A stretch of DNA of 37,620 nt from a virus. The translations under genes were made by a program, and so were the position numbers. Below the pieces are notes generated by a model. It ran no database searches and was not told where the DNA came from. It saw nothing but the letters and a program-made list of their open reading frames with translations. Shown here in pieces: positions 1 through 7,543 of this stretch. Numbering within the stretch: the stretch's first letter is position 1; the number at the start of each line of letters is the position of its first letter. The DNA lies in IMG/VR virus record IMGVR_UViG_3300025000_000248. One strand, written 5' to 3'.

Positions 1-90
1 TAGGGTGTCATATTATTTCTTTGATGCTAACCCCCCTTGTTTAGGCGTTTTGATGTACTGAGGGGAGGTAGAAGTGCTCCCTTTAATTTA

Positions 91-259
91 AAAAAGCTTT
101 TTAAGTATTTTAAGTATTTTAAGTATTTTAAGTATACTACTTATACTTCTTTTTATTTTAAGTAACCTTATTATATCTCTTTTTTTTAGTTTTTTAATGT
201 TTACTTTTTAAGAGTTCATCATATATACTTAAAATATTAAAAAGCTTAAAAAGCTTTTT
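91..259. repeat. AT-rich repeat region: 10-bp tandem repeat taagtatttt x about 4 (99-140) and two copies of the 12-bp palindrome AAAAAGCTTTTT (91-102, 248-259)
   Basis: Read directly from sequence; no ORF anywhere in 1-678. Confidence 0.8.
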
Positions 260-261
260 TA

Positions 262-291
262 AACCGAAAAAACCCTATGGGGGGTAGGGTT
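262..291 (-). terminator. Rho-independent terminator (minus strand): AACCCTA-ccccccA-TAGGGTT followed by TTTTTTCGG
   Basis: Perfect 7-bp GC-rich stem plus a U-run on the minus strand. Confidence 0.7.
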
Positions 292-361
292 ATTATACTG
301 TATGAAGGTTTTTATAGCTGAGAAAGATGCTTATTATACTTTACTCTCTTTTAGCTTAAAG

Positions 362-412
362 GGCCTTCGGCCCCGAGATAGTCGCCAAGGCTCCTATCTC
401 GTTTTTAGTATA
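362..412 (+). terminator. Plus-strand terminator-like tandem hairpins: GGGCC-UUCG-GGCCC then CGAGATAG-12 nt-CTATCTCG-TTTTT
   Basis: UUCG tetraloop hairpin followed by an 8-bp hairpin plus T5 on the plus strand. No plus-strand gene is evident. Confidence 0.45.
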
Positions 413-630
413 TTTAAACACGAACTGTATACTTAAGTGTTACTATTACGGATAAGCTATTATAAGTTTTTATCCTCTGTGACATAACCTGCTGAAAGAA
501 AGCTTAATATACTACCACAGATTAAACAAGAGGAAACGCTCTCCTAGGTAGGCCGTCTACGGCCAGTGTATACAGTATATTACCACCAATCCCGACTAAA
601 TCAGTCGGTATTACATTCACCCCAACAAGC

Positions 631-656
631 AGAGGAGCACCATATGGTGCTCCTCT
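631..656. promoter_or_regulatory. 26-bp perfect palindrome AGAGGAGCACCA-TA-TGGTGCTCCTCT (AGAGG...CCTCT hairpin family)
   Basis: Seen in sequence. Related members at 2760-2785, 3882-3910, 5597-5620, 7047-7070 and 14077-14102. Confidence 0.6.
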
Positions 657-678
657 TGGCTTTACGTGTCTAATATAA

Positions 679-930
679 TCACCCGCCCAGACTAACGTAG
701 TGTTTCATAGCGTTTAATGCTGATACCTTAGCTTCATTAATAAGAGCTGTATCCCCATTACCGCCCGTGCCATTTGGTACGCTGTTTAAGTTAGCACACC
801 CTGGACACTTAAACTTACTATGCTTTGGTACTAAGAACTTCCCGTGATCTATGCAACTCCTTACAGTCAAACCACTGGGCATACCAATCTGTGCTACTAT
901 GGTGTCAATAGGGCTTGTCATCTTTATCAC
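679..930 (-). CDS. Hypothetical small Cys/His-containing protein
   Basis: ORF of 83 aa in the minus-strand gene train. Confidence 0.45.
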   Translation of the reverse strand: MIKMTSPIDTIVAQIGMPSGLTVRSCIDHGKFLVPKHSKFKCPGCANLNSVPNGTGGNGDTALINEAKVSALNAMKHYVSLGG

Positions 931-933
931 TCC

Positions 934-1602
934 TTAGTCAGTAGTTTGTGCATCTTCATATTGTTTTAGGTATTCAGGAGCATGTTCCAAGTAATAAGCA
1001 TACTCTATGTCTGCTATATTCTTGTCCATCTCCTCCCACTTATCTGAAGGTACATACCTCTTAATTATCTCTAAGATAGCACCAAACTTCTTATCCTCCA
1101 GCTCACGTACTTGTTCTAGCCCAAACTCTGTAAGGCCAGCATGCTTACCTTGTGTTAACTTATTTTTCATTTCAATAGCTTTCAGTGTGTCAGATAAGCT
1201 AACCTCCTTAGCATTAAGAAGACTATCAAACCCTCGTTGTATGACCAGGTCTAGCACTTGTAATTCATTGCGCACCTTAACTTTAGCCTCTTCGTGTGCT
1301 ACAGGAGGTAGCATGATAGACTGTCTGGGAGCAGGGATACCTGCTGCACTTATGCCTAATAGCTTTTCCACAGTTATTTCTTTAGCCAAGGAGCTTTGTA
1401 ACAAGGCTTTGTACTCATACAGCTTTTGTATAGATATACTAAACCCATGTAGCCTGCACCAATCAGATAGCCTAGTGGGAGATTCCCCATCTAGTAATCT
1501 ACTGTTAAGCTGCTTTATATGTTCCCATGCACATAGTTTTTCTAACTTGTAATATTTAGTTTCAAGTTGAGTGGGTTTGTTAGGGGTGGGCACCATGACC
1601 AT
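934..1602 (-). CDS. Hypothetical protein (222 aa)
   Basis: Long minus-strand ORF, tightly spaced with its neighbour. Confidence 0.55.
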   Translation of the reverse strand: MVMVPTPNKPTQLETKYYKLEKLCAWEHIKQLNSRLLDGESPTRLSDWCRLHGFSISIQKLYEYKALLQSSLAKEITVEKLLGISAAGIPAPRQSIMLPPVAHEEAKVKVRNELQVLDLVIQRGFDSLLNAKEVSLSDTLKAIEMKNKLTQGKHAGLTEFGLEQVRELEDKKFGAILEIIKRYVPSDKWEEMDKNIADIEYAYYLEHAPEYLKQYEDAQTTD

Positions 1603-1619
1603 AAAATGACCTCCTTATT

Positions 1620-1883
1620 TTATGTGAGTTTGCGTATACCAAAGTCCTTAGGGTCAAATGCAGGCTGTATTGTTAGATGATACTCACAGACAAACCCTTC
1701 AGACACTACTGCTTGACTATTAACACCGGCATGCTTGGCCACTAGCCGGTAACCGGCTGTTTGGCCACAGGCTAGGCAGGTGGGGTGAGATGAGTAGACT
1801 GACTCTTTAAAGCTAACGTCAATGTCATGGCGCGATGCGCCTAGCGCTGTGCCTAAGTCTGATCTCATTACTTCTTTACACAT
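1620..1883 (-). CDS. Hypothetical protein (87 aa)
   Basis: ORF with no recognised motif. Confidence 0.4.
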   Translation of the reverse strand: MCKEVMRSDLGTALGASRHDIDVSFKESVYSSHPTCLACGQTAGYRLVAKHAGVNSQAVVSEGFVCEYHLTIQPAFDPKDFGIRKLT

Positions 1884-2020
1884 CCTTTACATATATGATC
1901 AGTTATAAGTTGTGCTAGCTCGATCCTAGGGATGCTATGTTTCTGGTAGGCGCGCCTAGAACAATAAATTTCAATAGGCTCGCCCGCTTACGCGGGCTCG
2001 CTTTAAGCTACCCCACCCAT

Positions 2021-2280
2021 CCCATACTAATTCATCCCATACTAATTCATCCCATACTAATTCATCCCATGCTAATTCATCCCATGCTAATTCATCCCAT
2101 GCTAATTCATCCCATACTAATTCATTCAATACTAATTCATTCAATGCTAATTCATTCAATGCTAATTCATTCAATGCTAATTCATCCCATACTAATTCAT
2201 TCAATACTAATTCATTCAATGCTAATTCATTCAATGCTAATTCATTCAATGCTAATTCATTCAATGCTAATTCATCCTAT
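2021..2280. repeat. About 17 tandem copies of a 15-bp unit (TAATTCATCCCATRC / TAATTCATTCAATRC variants): iteron-like array
   Basis: Seen in sequence. Flanked by GGCTCGCTTTAAG (2000-2012) and GGCTCGCTTTATTTTAAG (2286-2303), with a GC hairpin GCCCGC-TTAC-GCGGGC at 1982-1997. Confidence 0.9.
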
Positions 2281-2397
2281 ACCTGGCTCGCTTTATTTTA
2301 AGTTATCCACTGCAGTAGCCTACCACAATAAACCCCACAAGTCACTTACTGAGCACACAAATAGAACACCCATATTACAACAAATAGAACAAGCATA

Positions 2398-2691
2398 TTA
2401 TATCTCGTCCCTACCTTTCAACATATCATTAAGCTTTCTAAATCCACCTAGTTTACACATTGAGCAGGAGGTTAAGGTTATAAACTCACTTTTATCTAGG
2501 ATACACACTACACTCATGTCAAATAGACATCCAGTAGTGCTCCAATTGCCATGCTCATCTTCAAACACAAGGCCCCCAGTTACTACTTCAATTGTTTCAT
2601 AATGCTTACACACCCCGCATATAGGGGGCACCCCGCCCGCATAGTAAGGACATCTTACTTCTGGCCTAGCTATGCACATACCCTTTTCCAC
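2398..2691 (-). CDS. Cys-rich small protein (CPYYAGG...CGVCKHY), possibly distantly related to the CPLYGCPKH family
   Basis: ORF of 97 aa with a GTG/ATG start region. Confidence 0.5.
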   Translation of the reverse strand: MEKGMCIARPEVRCPYYAGGVPPICGVCKHYETIEVVTGGLVFEDEHGNWSTTGCLFDMSVVCILDKSEFITLTSCSMCKLGGFRKLNDMLKGRDEI

Positions 2692-2759
2692 ACAACCACC
2701 CCACTTTAACCATTAATATCTTTATCTTTCGTAACTCCACATGTAAGTAAACAACTAAA

Positions 2760-2785
2760 AGAGGTATCTCACATGAGATACCTCT
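2760..2785 (-). terminator. Perfect palindrome AGAGGTATCTC-ACAT-GAGATACCTCT followed on the minus strand by TTTTAGTTGTTT
   Basis: 11-bp stem plus a U-run on the minus strand. Confidence 0.55.
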
Positions 2786-2881
2786 AACCACTATTATCAA
2801 ATGGAAATCCTAACATATACCACATATGGTGGGCTAACTGTTAGCTATTAAAAAAATTACCCCCCTAAAAGAACTGCATAC

Positions 2882-2968
2882 CCCCTCCCCCAGGGGGTTC
2901 AAAAATATCAAGGGGGTATTGAAATAGGAGTGCCCACAGGGGCTAAGATAATATACCCCCTGGGGGTA
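2882..2968. promoter_or_regulatory. Cluster of GGGGGTAT / ATACCCCC octamers in both orientations, including the palindrome ATACCCCC-T-GGGGGTAT (2951-2967)
   Basis: Seen in sequence. Lies between the 3' end of the Cys-rich operon and the next gene start. Confidence 0.5.
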
Positions 2969-2976
2969 TCAATTCA

Positions 2977-3417
2977 TTATTCTAGGTAAGCACTTGACTC
3001 CCCTACAAGTATCTTCCTAGCAATGTAACCAAGCTTATTGAGTTGGTCTGCATAATAGTTAGCACCTGTATTGAAGCATAAATCTTCTGGTAATTTTGTC
3101 CCTAGCACCTTGTTAGCAATATCTTCAGGGGCATTAGTGATGAGGTAAGCACCTGAACCATGTAGGTACAACCTGCAAGCATCCAAATATCTCTGGGCTA
3201 ATAAGTCATTTTCAGATACTTCTGAGACAGGGTTTATAATAGGGGTGTCCTCCATTGTGATAGCTAATATGGGGTGCTTAGGACACCCATATAAGGGGCA
3301 GGTGTCCATTTTAGTTATAGTACACCCATCAGGCTTAGCATGCTCACACCCATCCACACACTCACACCAACCCGTCTTAGAGAAACATACTTTTCTGTCA
3401 ACATCATTGCACAACAT
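2977..3417 (-). CDS. Cys-rich CPLYGCPKH-family protein (member A) with about 90-aa C-terminal extension
   Basis: N-terminal C-x-DV-x-x-x-C...CxCxxC...TCPLYGCPKH block, shared with 8 paralogs. Confidence 0.65.
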   Translation of the reverse strand: MLCNDVDRKVCFSKTGWCECVDGCEHAKPDGCTITKMDTCPLYGCPKHPILAITMEDTPIINPVSEVSENDLLAQRYLDACRLYLHGSGAYLITNAPEDIANKVLGTKLPEDLCFNTGANYYADQLNKLGYIARKILVGESSAYLE

Positions 3418-3420
3418 ATA

Positions 3421-3795
3421 TTAATACTCCTCTCCTAATTCATGCGCCATTGGGGCATCATAACCATCCTCTTCTAGTATGCTAGACAATTTAGTGACAA
3501 CATACCCCCGGCTGATGAGATATGGAACAGTATCCTCTGGATCTACTTCATTACCCTCCTCATCTTCAGTAGGACGCTCATCCAGTACGTGTTCTAATTC
3601 AACAGGATCATCGGTGCCTTGCACTACATATGCTTGGCGTACAGCCCCTTCGGCATCATACCACAGATAAGCAGTCATCTTAGAGAAGTCCAGAGTGCTT
3701 ACCGCACCACAATTGATGCATAAAGACTTGTTAATTTCATCCCACATACCAGTTTCTAGACACTTAGGGCATTTAGCTTTAGCTAACACATTCAC
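3421..3795 (-). CDS. Zn-ribbon (CPKC...CINC) plus acidic X domain protein
   Basis: GTG start with AGAGGAGG ribosome-binding site. C-terminal half resembles the small ORFs that partner the Cys-rich genes. Confidence 0.55.
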   Translation of the reverse strand: MNVLAKAKCPKCLETGMWDEINKSLCINCGAVSTLDFSKMTAYLWYDAEGAVRQAYVVQGTDDPVELEHVLDERPTEDEEGNEVDPEDTVPYLISRGYVVTKLSSILEEDGYDAPMAHELGEEY

Positions 3796-3837
3796 TACAC
3801 ATACCTCCTCTTAGCCCAGACCTTCGGGGCATGATTA

Positions 3838-3866
3838 ATTATATCATGAAATGGGGGAGAAGTCAA
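3838..3866 (-). promoter_or_regulatory. Sigma-A-type promoter P1: cTTACTTGACTt-N17-TATAAT
   Basis: Conserved 12-mer around -35 and a consensus -10. Confidence 0.7.
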
Positions 3867-3881
3867 GTAACCCCACGTGCT

Positions 3882-3910
3882 AGAGGAGTACACGCAATGT
3901 GTACTCCTCT
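3882..3910. promoter_or_regulatory. Perfect palindrome AGAGGAGTACAC-GCAAT-GTGTACTCCTCT
   Basis: 12-bp stem immediately upstream of P1. Confidence 0.6.
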
Positions 3911-3943
3911 TTGTAGCAAATAGATTTAATGTAGCATCTTCAA

Positions 3944-4096
3944 TTACTTGCCCTCTGCATAGAACTTAAACCATACTTCATATTCCTCTAGGTTTAGTTC
4001 TACACACATACCATCACTCAGTATGTCATCTTCATAACCCTCAGTAGTAAACACACACCCTGATTCAGGGTGATGCCAGTACACCTTAGCTGTCAC
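3944..4096 (-). CDS. Unlisted small ORF (50 aa, GTG start, GGAGGA ribosome-binding site), X-domain-like
   Basis: Translated by eye as VTAKVYWHHPESGCVFTTEGYEDD... Sits between member B and P1. Confidence 0.3.
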   Translation of the reverse strand: MTAKVYWHHPESGCVFTTEGYEDDILSDGMCVELNLEEYEVWFKFYAEGK

Positions 4097-4125
4097 AATT
4101 TATAGTCCTCCATTCTGTTACAATC

Positions 4126-4308
4126 TTATTTCACTACAGCTTTATGCCTAGGACATCCATATAAGGGGCAGGTATGCTTCTGGGTAAGCATACATATCTT
4201 GGATACATGTGAATACTGATCACACACGTCACACTTACATATATTGCTGTTACCTAATTCACCATTAAAGCATACACTAATGTTCACTTCATCACACGTT
4301 TTATCCAC
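4126..4308 (-). CDS. Cys-rich CPLYGCPKH-family protein (member B)
   Basis: ...TCPLYGCPRHKAVVK. Confidence 0.6.
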   Translation of the reverse strand: MDKTCDEVNISVCFNGELGNSNICKCDVCDQYSHVSKICMLTQKHTCPLYGCPRHKAVVK

Positions 4309-4313
4309 ATTAT

Positions 4314-4496
4314 CTACCTCCTAGTTAAGGTCTCCTCATCTGCTAAGGTACAACGCTCTACCCATATGCCGTCTTTACTCGCCATACTCTTAGCCTCTTC
4401 ATGGTCTACTGCTTCATATTCTTCTACTGTGTTATAGAACTTATCAGCATCCATGCCATATCCCTGTCTGCATCCGGCTACTACATACTTTGGCAT
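4314..4496 (-). CDS. Small acidic protein (X1)
   Basis: 60 aa, immediately upstream of member B. Confidence 0.45.
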   Translation of the reverse strand: MPKYVVAGCRQGYGMDADKFYNTVEEYEAVDHEEAKSMASKDGIWVERCTLADEETLTRR

Positions 4497-4508
4497 TTCT
4501 TATCCCTC

Positions 4509-4862
4509 CTATATCATCTTATGATGTTTTAACCTTTCTGGATAGTTAGACATGATATAATCAAATACCTCTTGTTCTGACTCAGTGTTAATTCCTTTAA
4601 CCTTTAGCTCAGAAATAGCTATATGAAATCCTGTGCCATCTTCCCCACGTACAAAGAATGTGCCATAATTTCCACGTATATTGACCTCCACAGTGAAGTT
4701 AGCAATAGGTATACTGTTAGCATTCTCTAGTTCAGCACGTATTTGCATTAGGGCTTCTGCCCAGGACTGTTTACCTGTTTGGGCATCAATTATGGCATCC
4801 TCAATTACCCTACCAATCTCTAACACTTTATCCTCAATATCAGTTGTTGTGTGATTAGACAT
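4509..4862 (-). CDS. Hypothetical protein (117 aa)
   Basis: ORF with no recognised motif. Confidence 0.5.
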   Translation of the reverse strand: MSNHTTTDIEDKVLEIGRVIEDAIIDAQTGKQSWAEALMQIRAELENANSIPIANFTVEVNIRGNYGTFFVRGEDGTGFHIAISELKVKGINTESEQEVFDYIMSNYPERLKHHKMI

Positions 4863-4879
4863 TGCTTGCTACCTCCTTC

Positions 4880-5110
4880 TTAAGACTTATAATCTGACAT
4901 ACTGTTATAAGCTTTAGGCCAATCCTGTTCTTTTACAGTAGCTTCATGCTTGGGACACCCATATAATGGACAAGTACTAACTCCAGTAGATGGGCAGGGG
5001 TCACTGGCATCCATAGAGTAATTGTGATCAATCCTGGGGCAATCTAAACATGGACACCTATCCAGGTTCTGCTCACATATGTGTATTACTTCAGGACATA
5101 GCTTACTCAT
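4880..5110 (-). CDS. Cys-rich CPLYGCPKH-family protein (member C)
   Basis: MSKLCPEVIHIC...CPCLDC...TCPLYGCPKH. Confidence 0.6.
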   Translation of the reverse strand: MSKLCPEVIHICEQNLDRCPCLDCPRIDHNYSMDASDPCPSTGVSTCPLYGCPKHEATVKEQDWPKAYNSMSDYKS

Positions 5111-5313
5111 CCCATCGACCCCAATTCATAGGCTATTAGCATGCCAAGGGGTAAAGACATCTGCTCAGAAGCCATCTTAATAGCTTCTTCCTCAGTTTCA
5201 GCATGAAACACACCTAGAACTAAGTCTCCCTGCATTTCCCTAACACTACCATCATTTTCATTTGTTACATAAGCTACGGCTATAGCTTCACTCTCCACAC
5301 ATACTAGAAACAT
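5107..5313 (-). CDS. Small acidic protein (X2)
   Basis: 68 aa; its 3' end overlaps the start of member C by 4 bp (ATGA-type overlap). Confidence 0.45.
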   Translation of the reverse strand: MFLVCVESEAIAVAYVTNENDGSVREMQGDLVLGVFHAETEEEAIKMASEQMSLPLGMLIAYELGSMG

Positions 5314-5361
5314 TTCACATACCTCCTTATATATTTGGGCATAGTTTCCGCCCCCATTTTA

Positions 5362-5390
5362 ATTATCTCACACTCCAGAGAAAAAGTCAA
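5362..5390 (-). promoter_or_regulatory. Sigma-A-type promoter P2: CTTACTTGACTT-N17-GATAAT with GTGTGA -16 element
   Basis: Conserved motif. Confidence 0.7.
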
Positions 5391-5596
5391 GTAAGATTAG
5401 GTGATATAAGGTTATCCCATGCCTGCCCAAACTAGGGCTTATCAGTAACCTCACAAAAGCTGTAAGAAAATTTGTAAGAGAATTTCTCGGAGAAGGGTTT
5501 CCCATACCGGACGGAAATTCCCTTACAAAGTTCCTATGAAGTTTGTAAGAAGGTTTGTAAGGCCGGGAATAGGCGTCCACCCCCGCAAACGCGGAG

Positions 5597-5620
5597 AGAG
5601 GATACCATGTGGTATCCTCT
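5597..5620. promoter_or_regulatory. Perfect palindrome AGAGGATACCA-TG-TGGTATCCTCT, preceded by small hairpin CCGC-AAAC-GCGG
   Basis: Lies after the stop of member D. Confidence 0.6.
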
Positions 5621-5666
5621 TTGTCCTGGCTTGCTAGTAGGTGATCTGTAATGGGAATTTACACCC

Positions 5667-5831
5667 TTAACATTTTATACTACCCATTACTATGGGACAT
5701 CCATATATAGAACAGGGAGTCCCATTATGGTAATCATAACATGCTGTCCACCTATCACAATCAATACAATAACATGAGTAGCCCTTATTACTGCACTCAG
5801 CACTAGAGATTTCCCAGCATTGTTTAGGCAT
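5667..5831 (-). CDS. Cys-rich family member D (start refined to MPKQCW...)
   Basis: ...CYCIDC...TPCSIYGCP. The track ORF was extended into the upstream overlapping gene. Confidence 0.5.
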   Translation of the reverse strand: MPKQCWEISSAECSNKGYSCYCIDCDRWTACYDYHNGTPCSIYGCPIVMGSIKC

Positions 5832-5982
5832 AGGGTGCCTGCTTTTCAGTAGCAGCACACTTTTGACATCCATAGGCTGGGCATAATCGACATCCTACAT
5901 CGCATGTAGTACAAGGACACATCTTATCCCCAATTGTGTTGTCACATACTAAATTACTCACATCAAGACACATCTTACTCAT
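5824..5982 (-). CDS. Unlisted Cys-rich family member (I): MSKMCLDVSNLVCDNTIGDKMCPCTTCDVGCRLCPAYGCQKCAATEKQAPYA
   Basis: Found by hand translation. Its ATG overlaps the stop of member E (AATGAGTAA) and there is an AAGAGGAAA ribosome-binding site. Confidence 0.5.
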   Translation of the reverse strand: MSKMCLDVSNLVCDNTIGDKMCPCTTCDVGCRLCPAYGCQKCAATEKQAPYA

Positions 5983-6187
5983 TAGTTTCCTCCTTTAATA
6001 TGGCAGTGTGTTTAGGGCACCCATATAAGGGGCAAGTACCTGAAACTGGGTGAGCACACTCACCTTCTTTAAGCTTGATATACCCATCCTCGCAGTACAC
6101 ACACGGGCAGGTACTGTATCCAGTTGCCTCCTCCCGGCAAATATCTTCACAGACTTCTACATCAACCTTATTACAAGGCTTACTCAT
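5975..6187 (-). CDS. Cys-rich CPLYGCPKH-family protein (member E)
   Basis: MSKPCNKVDVEVC...CPCVYC...TCPLYGCPKH. Confidence 0.6.
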   Translation of the reverse strand: MSKPCNKVDVEVCEDICREEATGYSTCPCVYCEDGYIKLKEGECAHPVSGTCPLYGCPKHTAILKEETNE

Positions 6188-6365
6188 TGGTACCACCAGC
6201 TAAGCTTGTCAGATTTGATAGCACTGCACCATACTTTTGACATCCATACAAGGGACAACAAATGCAATCTCCTGATAGGAAAAAATCACAATCTCCACAC
6301 TCACAATAATCATGTCCTTCACACTCACAGACTTCCACATCCACATCCCCACAAAATCTACTCAT
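6180..6365 (-). CDS. Cys-rich family member F
   Basis: MSRFCGDVDVEVCEC...CCPLYGCQKY. Confidence 0.6.
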   Translation of the reverse strand: MSRFCGDVDVEVCECEGHDYCECGDCDFFLSGDCICCPLYGCQKYGAVLSNLTSLAGGTNE

Positions 6366-6525
6366 CATCTTCAACTCCTATCTTTTTACCATCTGCATAG
6401 GTTGCTTTGTGCTCTGCACACCCATATAGGGAGCATTGCTCGCATTGTGGTATTACTGGGCACCCTCTGCACGGACATATCTGATTGGCGCATTCTCGCA
6501 GTACCTCTCTACACAGCTTACTCAT
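6358..6525 (-). CDS. Cys-rich family member G
   Basis: MSKLCREVLREC...CPCRGC...CSLYGCAEH with a GTGAGGAAG ribosome-binding site. Confidence 0.6.
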   Translation of the reverse strand: MSKLCREVLRECANQICPCRGCPVIPQCEQCSLYGCAEHKATYADGKKIGVEDDE

Positions 6526-7006
6526 CTTCCTCACCCCCACTATCTAGACATTTATATGCCATGGCATTGTCGTCTCCGTCTTTTATCACCACCCCTGATA
6601 TTGGAATTACAGTATGCCCTAAGTTAACTAGGTGCTTGATGTGCGCCTTTGCATCCTTACAGTGGCACGTATTGCAGGCATTGCCTTCGCAGTTTAAGCA
6701 CACATCCCTATCATGCTCCTCCAGGATATTCTCAAGGTGCATGGGGTCATTCAGGCCATACACCAAATACGCTGAGCTGGGTGCTGTAGTAGAGTTATCA
6801 CCCCCGTACACAAGGTAGAGGACTGGGGCAGTAGGTTCAGGCTCAGCAGTTGGCAATGGGTGCTTAGGGCATCCAAATATGGGGCAGGTGTTCAGTTTGG
6901 TAATTGCACACACACCTTGATAATTAGACTTATTTTCACACATGTTGCAGTGACATGGGTACCCCTTAGCAGTACACATCTCAATAGATACATCTTTACA
7001 TTCCAT
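6518..7006 (-). CDS. Cys-rich family member H with fused C-terminal X-like domain and second Cys cluster
   Basis: MECKDVSIEMC...CHCNMC...TCPIFGCPKH, then ...AYLVYGLNDPMHLENILEEHD... Confidence 0.6.
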   Translation of the reverse strand: MECKDVSIEMCTAKGYPCHCNMCENKSNYQGVCAITKLNTCPIFGCPKHPLPTAEPEPTAPVLYLVYGGDNSTTAPSSAYLVYGLNDPMHLENILEEHDRDVCLNCEGNACNTCHCKDAKAHIKHLVNLGHTVIPISGVVIKDGDDNAMAYKCLDSGGEEDE

Positions 7007-7175
7007 ACATACACCCCCTTATTTTCCTAAATAAACCTCAAGTGCTGAGAGGAGCCCCATGCTCCCCTCTTTCACTAGTACTTCTTGGATGAGGGAATTT
7101 AAGTACTCTCTATCCTTCTCAGATAACCCCAGCTCTGGTAAATTGAACACAACTGTGATCTTTACTTGCTCCACT

Positions 7176-7526
7176 TTATTCCCCCTTACACATGCGCTCC
7201 ATAATAGTAAGTCTGCTAATAATCATGGTGAGTACACAGGCGCTATCCAACCCATCTATCACGAATCTCTCATGTAACTCCTCGGCGGTAATGTGTTCTC
7301 CCTCTAACCACCCCATTATTTGATCTGCTACCTGGCCAAAGGCAAAACTGGTAGCTGTTGCAGTCTCCCCAGTTTCTAGGTCACTGACCTGCACCATGGA
7401 TTCATCTGTACAGGGCCCTACCTTCAATGTGACATTAAATGGTGTACCGCAACAGACACATATCCACCCCATAATATCAATGTGATGAATCTCAGTGTTG
7501 CTACAATTTGGGCATTTCGTTAACAT
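7176..7526 (-). CDS. Zn-ribbon protein (CPNC...CVCC)
   Basis: ORF of 116 aa. Confidence 0.5.
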   Translation of the reverse strand: MLTKCPNCSNTEIHHIDIMGWICVCCGTPFNVTLKVGPCTDESMVQVSDLETGETATATSFAFGQVADQIMGWLEGEHITAEELHERFVIDGLDSACVLTMIISRLTIMERMCKGE

Positions 7527-7543
7527 CTACATACCTCCCTACT

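Noticed and set aside
1007-1552. Plus-strand ORF of 181 aa, and the other plus-strand ORFs (3479-3670, 6050-6400, 6312-6818, 7679-7982, 15876-16262, 18464-18823, 19513-19932, 20350-21158, 21926-22354, 23491-23787, 31329-31976, 34674-35030, 36348-36584, 36947-37255)
   Set aside because: All are shadow ORFs lying antisense to well-supported minus-strand genes. They are Ser/Leu/Cys-rich low-complexity translations, with no ribosome-binding sites or promoters in plus orientation.
1620-1883. Possible T-fold (QueF / GTP-cyclohydrolase-like) assignment for the 87-aa protein, because of the CxxGQ and CEYH motifs
   Set aside because: Motif order and spacing do not match QueF, FolE or QueD on inspection, so it was left as hypothetical.
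2021-2280. Possible CRISPR array
   Set aside because: Adjacent units are nearly identical with no unique spacers. The period is 15 bp, far shorter than repeat plus spacer. No cas genes are present.
1937-2602. Plus-strand 221-aa ORF (HPILI repeats) and minus-strand 97-aa ORF 1971-2264 (NELAL repeats)
   Set aside because: Both are artefacts of the stop-free 15-bp tandem repeat. They are extremely low-complexity, the plus ORF overlaps the real minus gene 2398-2691, and there is no convincing ribosome-binding site.
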